Origin: Dehalococcoidia bacterium
Lineage (GTDB): Bacteria > Chloroflexota > Dehalococcoidia > Lucifugimonadales > UBA3495
DNA length: 64,000 nt
Assembly (NCBI GenBank): GCA_012959605.1
Contig: DUCU01000092.1
Coordinates: forward strand, 7,620-71,619
Direction of reading: 5' to 3'
In this document: positions 9,295 to 15,875 of the stretch, piece by piece
Numbering within the stretch: the stretch's first letter is position 1
How the letters are laid out: each line of letters opens with the position of its first letter
Notes under the pieces: generated by a model
What the model saw: the letters and a program-made list of their open reading frames with translations, nothing else
What the model was told of the DNA's origin: nothing
The model's database searches: none
Made by a program: the position numbers and the translations under genes

Positions 9295-10158
9295 ATGGCT
9301 GCAGGAATAGTGCTTGTACAGCAGTACCAGAAACTGGTGGTACAAAAGTTTGGCACCTATATTGGTACCCAAGGTTCGGGTCTCAGGTTTTTGATTCCGT
9401 TTGTCTTCCACGGAACCAAGGTTGATCTCCGGGAGCGGGTAACCCGCGTCCCAACTCAGAAATACATCACGGCTGACAACGTGGTTGTGGATATGGACTT
9501 TGTCATTTACTACCAGGTGATGGATGAGCACGCAGAACGGGCGGTCCTGGAAGTACAGAACTTCGAGTTGGCGGTAGTCAACTTGGCCTTTGCCACCCTG
9601 AGGGCGGTTATCGGTTCCACTACACTGTCCGAAGCCCTGGCGGAAAGGGAAAGGATCAGAGATGCCCTCCAGGTCCGGATGGACGAAGTGACTGAACGTT
9701 GGGGCGTTAAGATCTTACAAGTGGAAATCAATGAGATTGACCCGCCGGCGGGTGTGAAGGCGGCGATGGAACGGGAGAAATCAGCGGAGGCCATTAAGAC
9801 CGCAGATATCACCGAGTCTGAAGGCGCCCGGCAGTCTCAAATCAATATTGCTGAGGGTGAGAAGCAGGCCGCTATCCTATCGGCTGAAGGTAGCCGTCAA
9901 GCGGAGATTCTAAGAGCGGAGGGCGAGCAACAGGCTGCCGTTCTCAGAGCTTCTGGTTTCAGTGACGCATTGGAACGCATCAACCGTGTTGCTAGTACGG
10001 CTGATGGCAGAACGATGAGTCTCCAATATTTTGAGACGCTGAAATCCCTGGGCGAAAGCCCGTCTACCAAATGGATATTCCCCATGGAGTTCACCTCCAT
10101 GCTGGGTAACTTCCTGGGTATGGGTGGATCAGATAACGGCGACAACAAGTCCAGCTAA
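9295..10158 (+). CDS. SPFH/band-7 (stomatin-like) protein
   Basis: 287 aa starting at ATG behind a GGAGG SD. It has the SPFH core ('...TQKYITADNVVVDMDFVIYYQV...') and a C-terminal coiled-coil rich in E/A/Q. This is the classic NfeD-stomatin gene pair. Confidence 0.85.
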   Translation: MAAGIVLVQQYQKLVVQKFGTYIGTQGSGLRFLIPFVFHGTKVDLRERVTRVPTQKYITADNVVVDMDFVIYYQVMDEHAERAVLEVQNFELAVVNLAFATLRAVIGSTTLSEALAERERIRDALQVRMDEVTERWGVKILQVEINEIDPPAGVKAAMEREKSAEAIKTADITESEGARQSQINIAEGEKQAAILSAEGSRQAEILRAEGEQQAAVLRASGFSDALERINRVASTADGRTMSLQYFETLKSLGESPSTKWIFPMEFTSMLGNFLGMGGSDNGDNKSS

Positions 10159-10177
10159 CGCTCAACTCAGCCCAAAT

Positions 10178-10216
10178 AAAACCCCCTCTTTTGTTAACCG
10201 GAAGAGGGGGTTTTTG
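10178..10216. terminator. Bidirectional intrinsic terminator
   Basis: Stem accccctctt / aagagggggt is followed by T5 and preceded by an A-run. It lies between the SPFH stop (10158) and the reconstructed hpf stop (10226). Confidence 0.8.
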
Positions 10217-10225
10217 ATTTTAAGC

Positions 10226-10840
10226 CTATTCAGCCTTGGGCTGTACCATCCCGTAGTTCCCATCTCCCCTCAGGTATAGCACGCTGTGTTTGTTGGTTTC
10301 AGAGTCTAGGAATATATGAAGGAATGGCCCCAAAACTGCATCTGAGCCGCAGGATCATCCACGCTGGTTGGTTCCATATCAAATTCTTTGAGCCGGACTA
10401 CCTGGCCGTCGGAAAGTTCTTCATCCATTGCCGCCGTATCGTTGGAGGATACATCCATTGACGGTATGGACAGTGCGTCTTCTGGGCAAGTCATCTCCGC
10501 GGCGCTAACAGCGACGCGGCCGGCTTGGCGGTTTCTTTCGCTGCGGTAGGTATGGCTCTTGAATCGTTTGATCTGCCCGTCCAAAGACTGCGCTACCGAG
10601 TTTATCGCTGAGGTCGTGGTTGCTGCCCGCTGCAGGGCCCGCAGCAGGGTTTCGGCCCACATGCAGCGTAACTTGCGCCACGATTCGGTCGTTCTGTGAG
10701 CGAGTGGCCTCATAGGCCAATTCCACCGTGGCGTTTGAAAGGCCGGGACAGTGGCGGTCTATCTGGTCTAATTTGCTCTCCACGTGTTCGCGTGTTTTAT
10801 CGTCTATATCCAGGTTTCGTCCGTATATGTGTAGCTCCAA
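10226..10840 (-). pseudogene. hpf: Long-form ribosome hibernation promoting factor, interrupted by two frameshifts
   Basis: AGGAGG SD, 7 nt, then TTG at 10840 gives 'MELHIYGRNLDIDDKTREHVESKL...VTLHVG'. Homology continues in the +1 frame ('LLRALQRAATTTSAINSVAQSLDGQIKRFKS...VVRLKEFDMEPTSVDDPAAQMQFWGHSFIY'). It then returns to the first frame ('FLDSETNKHSVLYLRGDGNYGMVQPKAE*'). Shifts lie at ~10651-10660 and ~10309-10314. Confidence 0.75.
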
Positions 10841-11041
10841 TCCCACACCTCCTGGTATTGATTGACGCTGACTGGGTCTTTTATAGGCCATTTGGATAGA
10901 GGCCTAAACCGTAAAACTTTATCAATGGCAGTTACACGCTGAACGATAGATCGGTCATTCATGAAGGACAAGCTTCAAACGCCCCCAGCTTGAGGGCCAT
11001 CTGGCCCCAATCTCCTATTTATTATGATGCTTAAGAAATGA

Positions 11042-11084
11042 AAGAGGCCCAAAGTCAGACAGTTAATCCGGCCTTGGGCCTCTT
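11042..11084 (-). terminator. Possible terminator hairpin after the DUF429 gene
   Basis: 11-bp stem aagaggcccaa / ttgggcctctt with a large 21-nt loop. The flank in the minus direction is only moderately T-rich. Confidence 0.4.
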
Positions 11085-11114
11085 GGTCTGCCTTTATAGG
11101 GCCGGTTTCCCTGT

Positions 11115-11753
11115 TCAGCTCGGTAGTTTGGGCAGTACCAGAATGCCCTCCTCCGGATCGCCGAGGATGTCTGTGTTTGACTGCGCGTGAAGCTGGCCTG
11201 TATAGGCGTTTATGATTGCGTTGCAGGTGTTTCGGTCAAGGTCGTCGGCATGTTTTTCCATCCCCGAGACCAGAGGCGTTAGATGACCAATCATGTAGCT
11301 AACGCTGATGGCGCTATTCTTTGGCGGTACCTTGTCGCCAAAGAGCAATATTTTGGTGGCGTGGGGATTCACTTCGATTACATTGTGTCCAGCTTCCTTC
11401 AGCATTTTGCAGAGGAGTATGCTTCGGTAAATCAAGTCCCGGATTATGGAACCCTTGTTGGTGTAGAAACAACTGATACCCATCTTGGCTAGCTCAAGTT
11501 CCAGCAATCGGCCTTTTCTGGTTGGTACTGAAAACCGGCAATCGCAGGATTGGTCCAAGCAACAGAAACCGGAAGGCAGGTTCAGGGGCGCGCCAATGGC
11601 CACCAAATCTGGCTTGATTTCGTCAACCAACTTAATTAGCTCATCGTCTTCTAAGAAGCTGCCAAGTTGGGACAGATGGGATTCTGAATCTAAAATTGCG
11701 ATAGAAGAGGGCTTCTTTTTAGAAGCCCGTAAATCAACACCTAATACTGACAT
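11115..11753 (-). CDS. DUF429-like predicted RNase-H-fold protein
   Basis: 'MSVLGVDLRASKKKPSSIAILD...DLVAIGAPLNLP' matches the N-terminal pattern of DUF429/COG2410-type proteins. I chose the start at the internal ATG (M24 of the 235-aa track ORF). Confidence 0.5.
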   Translation of the reverse strand: MSVLGVDLRASKKKPSSIAILDSESHLSQLGSFLEDDELIKLVDEIKPDLVAIGAPLNLPSGFCCLDQSCDCRFSVPTRKGRLLELELAKMGISCFYTNKGSIIRDLIYRSILLCKMLKEAGHNVIEVNPHATKILLFGDKVPPKNSAISVSYMIGHLTPLVSGMEKHADDLDRNTCNAIINAYTGQLHAQSNTDILGDPEEGILVLPKLPS

Positions 11754-11926
11754 TTCAAGTCTCCACGTCCGTGAATCGGATATATTGGTCTCCCTGTTCC
11801 CCGTCGTAAGAGGAATTATCATCAGGGAAAGTCCTGTGGAGGTATCTGGCCGCGCTAAGGCACCGGTTGGTTTTCGGTCGGTCGGTATCAGGTAAATTGG
11901 ATTTAATATGAAACCGGGTGAACCGT

Positions 11927-12892
11927 CTATTCCGGGTTAAGCCAGTTTGCCGAAAAAAGAGATGAATCCAAAAACTCCAAGGCAGCAGAGTAAGGATCTG
12001 TCTCTTTCGCTGCTATCTTCTCCAAAATAGCATTTAAGCTTGGGTCGTTTTCGACCCTATCGCGCAGACGCTGCGCCAACACCTCTTCCACCGCTTCCAA
12101 GAACTCGCGTCTGCGTTGACGACCGCGGCGTTCGTTAAGTTCGCCGCTGGTAGTTAGGAACTTCCTGTGTTCCTCAATCTTGTTCCAGAGTTCGTCGATA
12201 CCCTGCCCTGTGTGGGCCGTGGTCAACAATACGGGCGGGCTCCACTTGGGACTGTTTATGGCCATGTGAAGCATACCGGTGATGGCTGTCGCCATCTGGT
12301 TGGCCCCGTCACGGTCGGCCTTGTTTACCAAGTAAAGGTCGGCAATCTCCATCACTCCGGCTTTCAGTGTCTGAATTGTGTCTCCCGACTCCGGGTTCAA
12401 CGCTACCAAGACAGTGTCCGCCACACTTATGATTCCCAGTTCTGTCTGACCAACGCCTACGGTCTCAACCAATATTAGGTCAATACCCGAGGCATCCAGC
12501 GCCCGAACCATGCTTTTGACTATCCGAGGTAATCCGCCTGATTGTCCTCTGGTCGCCACGCTGCGGATAAACACACCGGAATCCAGATAGTGGCGTTGCA
12601 TACGTATGCGGTCACCAAGAATAGCGCCGCCACTAAAAGGGCTGGTGGGGTCAACCGCAATGATGCCTACCGTGGAACCTGTCTCCCGAACCAGCTGCGT
12701 CAGTTGGTCCACAATGGTGCTCTTGCCCGCGCCTGGAGGTCCAGTGATACCCACCGTGTAGGCCCGTCCGGTATGCCCGTCAACCACCTTCATTGCTTCG
12801 GCGGCCGCCGGATCCCCCCTTTCCAAGAGGGTAATCAACCTTGATAGCGCCCTTTGTTCGCCAGCCAACAGTCTTTCGGCAATCTCGGACAT
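11927..12892 (-). CDS. meaB: Methylmalonyl-CoA mutase-associated G3E GTPase MeaB/ArgK
   Basis: 321 aa with P-loop 'GPPGAGKST', 'ETVGVGQ' and 'NKADR' motifs in MeaB order. Confidence 0.9.
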   Translation of the reverse strand: MSEIAERLLAGEQRALSRLITLLERGDPAAAEAMKVVDGHTGRAYTVGITGPPGAGKSTIVDQLTQLVRETGSTVGIIAVDPTSPFSGGAILGDRIRMQRHYLDSGVFIRSVATRGQSGGLPRIVKSMVRALDASGIDLILVETVGVGQTELGIISVADTVLVALNPESGDTIQTLKAGVMEIADLYLVNKADRDGANQMATAITGMLHMAINSPKWSPPVLLTTAHTGQGIDELWNKIEEHRKFLTTSGELNERRGRQRRREFLEAVEEVLAQRLRDRVENDPSLNAILEKIAAKETDPYSAALEFLDSSLFSANWLNPE

Positions 12893-13126
12893 TGGTTAGG
12901 CGTTCCGCGGGGCGGTGCCAAGGGTGTGAGCGTCCATACGTGAACTTGACGCGAATTTAGCACCGGCTAGGCATAGCGTCAAGGCTGAGTTTTGCATAAT
13001 AGATGTTGATGAATATTGCATGTCAGGGATGGAAACCGAATCCTAGATTTGTGTTGTATTTGCCCCGATAATCAATCATTACTAACCAAATCTGTAGGGG
13101 ATTATCGTTGTTGGTTATGTCAAGCG

Positions 13127-13159
13127 TTGATTGGCCAGCAGAATTGGTTGTACTAATTC
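13127..13159. promoter_or_regulatory. Second copy of the GntR-type operator motif
   Basis: TTGATTGGCCAG (13127-13138) is identical to 6311-6322. It is followed by GAATTGGT-TGT-ACTAATTC (13141-13159), a near-palindrome sharing AATTGGT...AC.AATT with 6292-6308. Confidence 0.4.
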
Positions 13160-13361
13160 TGCAACCGTCCTAAGTAAACAACGGCAAAATTTCAGATATT
13201 AGTTGAACTTCAAAGAACTAATCATCGAAATTGATCCATATACGAACCAATGGCAGCCGGTGCGAAAGGCCAGCAAGACTTGCAGGGATACCGTTGTTCC
13301 CTGAGGGTGGGCTAACCAAAACTATGTGTCCACCATTTCGCTTTTTACCAGACCTGTCGGT

Positions 13362-15563
13362 CTAGTGGTGGAATTGTTGGTTATCGAACCCAACAGCATC
13401 GGCTGCAATCAGCAGGTCAGGCCGGTTGCCCCAGCGCTTCAAGAACCGACCAAAGTTCTTACGGCTCAACTCGTCGCGTTGATTATCGTCCAATTCCGTC
13501 CATTGACGATGTTCGTGGCGGACCAAAGGCAAAGTAGAGTCAGCCACTACCCTGAACCCCTTGTCCTTGAATTGGAAGCAGTAATCAATGTCCAAGTTGC
13601 GGTAGAAGCGGAAGCACTCCCGCATGAGACCAACATTGTTGACCTCTTCTCTGCGGAACGCCATGCAATAGGCTTGCATGGCATCAGCGTCGCCATCGTC
13701 AACCTCTTCGTGGAAATGCTGCATGTCCGGGGTGCTGAGGCCCCAGGGTCCAAAGATGCCCACGGTGGGGTCACTCAGTGATTCTGAAATAGAGTCCAGA
13801 ATGTTCCCGGTGATCTCAGCGGAACCGTCCATGACCACAATATTGCGGCCTCGGCTCTGCATCAGTCCAATATTCTTGCTGGCGGCGTCACCGATAACGT
13901 GATCGGCGTGTACCACTCTCAGCTCCGGATTCTGGGTTAGCATCTCTTCCAAAAGTTCTCCGGTGCCATCTGTGGAGCCGTTGTCGATGACAATGGCCTC
14001 AACCGAGTGGTTACCGGTATGATTCAGAATGCTTTCAATGCAACGTTTAACGTCGCTAGGGTAACCGTAGGCATTCAGTATGAACGTGAAATCAAGTTCG
14101 GCAGGCTGATCCAAATAGGACTCCACCTCACGAGATGACGATACTGAAACCCACTTCTCCTGCCGTAGCTCCAACGCAGTCTTCGGGCGGACTTTGGTAC
14201 CGCTGGTTGTGTCTTGAATCAGGTATCCATCCGAGGAAAGTTGACCACGGAGGGAATCCGCTGTGGCGTAGTCGGACTTGTCGCGGTGTCCGCCTCTTAC
14301 GGTCAGAGTTTTTGTGACGTAGGCGTTTACTTCGTTTTCGGCTGGGGCCTTGCCCAGGTCCAGGCCAAACACCTGGTCAAATTCTAGTAGCAGGTCCATC
14401 TTGGCCCTGCCGGGTATCTCAGAGCGAACCATCTCCCAAGTCATGGCCAGGGCGCTGGGCAGGTCCAAATCTGACTCAACGGCATTCCAGAACCGTTGAC
14501 GATATTCTTCAATCTCGGTTACGTAGCCGGCGACCATGGGTTCTTGGCTCCAGAGCCAAATTCGGTGTCGCAGGCCCGTTAGAGCTTTCTCCGCAGCCTT
14601 CAGCGATGTGAACGTAAAGTTCATGCGGTGGCGGTACCGTACTGTCATGCAGAGGTACCGGAACGACAGAGGTGAGAACCCACGGTCGATCAATTCTTCG
14701 ATAAGGAAAACGTTGCCGGCAGATTTGGACATCTTGGCGCCGTCGGCCAATAGGTGCTGGGCGTGGACCCAGTAGTTTACGTGTTGCTGCCCAAACGCGG
14801 CTTCGCTCTGGGCAATCTCGTCTTCGTGGTGCGGGAAAACATTGTCGACGCCGCCGGTGTGGATGTCGAAACTTTCTCCTAGGTACTTAGAAGCCATGGC
14901 CGAGCACTCTATGTGCCAACCGGGGAAACCTTCCCCCCATGGGCTGTCCCATTTAACGTCACGGCCCGGTTCTGCAGCCTTCCAAAGAGTGAAATCTCTG
15001 GGGTCGCGTTTCAGCGGGTCAGCTTCAGAACGAACGCCTTCTAATAGGTCGCCGCCAACATTGTTGGAGAGTTTGCCGTAGCCTTTAAATGATGGAACGT
15101 CGAAGTAGAGGTTACCGCCCTTTTCGTAGGCATGACCGTTGGCAATCAGCTTTTCGTTGATCGTCACCATCTCTGGTATGTGATGGCTGGCCCAAGGGAA
15201 CACTGTTGCTTCTAAGATGTTCAGGCGCTTTTCGTCACGGAAGAATCGTTCGGCGTAAACGTCGGCGATTTCCCCAATGGTCTTGCCTTCAGCAAGGGCG
15301 GCCATAATCATCTTGTCGCCGCCGGCCTCCGCCAATTCCTGGCGCATGTGACCAACGTCGGTTATGTTTTTGATATGGGTGACCTTAAGGCCGCTGTGTA
15401 TCAATGATCGACGAACCCAGTCGGCCATGATATAGGTGCGCATGTTGCCAATGTGGGCATCGCGGTACACAGTGGGGCCGCAGGTATACATTTCGATAAG
15501 CCCTGGAGTGGTTGGTTGAATCTCTTCAACACGTTTTGCCAGGGTGTTGTAGATGCGGAGCAA
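13362..15563 (-). CDS. cysS: Cysteine--tRNA ligase with a C-terminal family-2 glycosyltransferase domain (fusion)
   Basis: 733 aa with a TTG start behind a GAAGAGG SD. CysRS signatures: 'HIGN' (HIGH), 'KMSKS', Zn/Cys ligand context 'TCGPT', 'WHIECS', 'HHEDEIAQ', and the C-terminal 'ADSLRGQL...GY.IQDT..GT' segment. From ~res 485, 'FTFILNAYGYP...IVIDNGSTDGT...VVMDGSAE' is a GT2 (GT-A) domain. Confidence 0.85.
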   Translation of the reverse strand: MLRIYNTLAKRVEEIQPTTPGLIEMYTCGPTVYRDAHIGNMRTYIMADWVRRSLIHSGLKVTHIKNITDVGHMRQELAEAGGDKMIMAALAEGKTIGEIADVYAERFFRDEKRLNILEATVFPWASHHIPEMVTINEKLIANGHAYEKGGNLYFDVPSFKGYGKLSNNVGGDLLEGVRSEADPLKRDPRDFTLWKAAEPGRDVKWDSPWGEGFPGWHIECSAMASKYLGESFDIHTGGVDNVFPHHEDEIAQSEAAFGQQHVNYWVHAQHLLADGAKMSKSAGNVFLIEELIDRGFSPLSFRYLCMTVRYRHRMNFTFTSLKAAEKALTGLRHRIWLWSQEPMVAGYVTEIEEYRQRFWNAVESDLDLPSALAMTWEMVRSEIPGRAKMDLLLEFDQVFGLDLGKAPAENEVNAYVTKTLTVRGGHRDKSDYATADSLRGQLSSDGYLIQDTTSGTKVRPKTALELRQEKWVSVSSSREVESYLDQPAELDFTFILNAYGYPSDVKRCIESILNHTGNHSVEAIVIDNGSTDGTGELLEEMLTQNPELRVVHADHVIGDAASKNIGLMQSRGRNIVVMDGSAEITGNILDSISESLSDPTVGIFGPWGLSTPDMQHFHEEVDDGDADAMQAYCMAFRREEVNNVGLMRECFRFYRNLDIDYCFQFKDKGFRVVADSTLPLVRHEHRQWTELDDNQRDELSRKNFGRFLKRWGNRPDLLIAADAVGFDNQQFHH

Positions 15564-15613
15564 TAAGACCTCTTCTACCTGAGGTTACGCGTTAAACACG
15601 TTCAGATGAGAGC

Positions 15614-15811
15614 TCAGTCTAGCATACTCAAAGGTCGGCTGCCATACGACAACGAATCTTTCCTTGCACCAATTTCTCGGGCCACCCTGGATTGGTCCGC
15701 GGTCTCAAAGCCAAAGCTGGATATGATGGTGAAGAGAGCCGAGCCGACGGCCACCAACGACAGCGTTCGGAGTCCCGCTGGTTTTTCGGAACTCCGTCTC
15801 TCGTAGCCCAC
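15614..15811 (-). pseudogene. Remnant of an MgtC/SapB-family gene (N-terminal fragment only)
   Basis: 'GYERRSSEKPAGLRTLSLVAVGSALFTIISSFGF...DQSRVA' matches the conserved MgtC N-terminal core (G.ER....K.AGLRT..LV..GSALF......D..R.AAQ). The match decays immediately afterwards, and there is no full-length ORF. Confidence 0.5.
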
Positions 15812-15845
15812 AGCTGCGGTGTTCGGCGCAGCTGTGGGCTACGAG
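15800..15845. other. 19-bp perfect inverted repeat (hairpin), no U-tract
   Basis: ctcgtagcccacagctgcg (15800-15818) pairs perfectly with cgcagctgtgggctacgag (15827-15845) around an 8-nt loop. It lies 31 nt 3' of the CoA-transferase stop and overlaps the 5' edge of the MgtC remnant. Confidence 0.7.
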
Positions 15846-15875
15846 TGTAAAAATGTCTTCCAAGTAACAATCGCC

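Noticed and set aside
10309-10660. Programmed ribosomal frameshifting in hpf
   Set aside because: There is no slippery heptamer, no stimulatory SD or pseudoknot context, and two opposite shifts would be required. Indels (real or consensus errors) are the simpler explanation.
15669-15686. 18-nt similarity (ccaatttctcggg + ccacc, one indel) to the 5' arm of the cobalamin riboswitch at 43462-43480
   Set aside because: The rest of the B12 consensus (GCCACUG, GGGAAG..GGUG, B12 box) is absent at 15.6 kb. Exact 13-mers are expected by chance many times in 64 kb on two strands.
15564-15875. Possible T-box or other riboswitch leader upstream of the cysS fusion (minus strand contains 'CAGGGUGGCCCGAG')
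   Set aside because: The stretch lacks the T-box core (GGGUGGUACCGCG), a specifier-loop/K-turn arrangement and a terminator/antiterminator pair. It is better explained as the eroded MgtC coding remnant.
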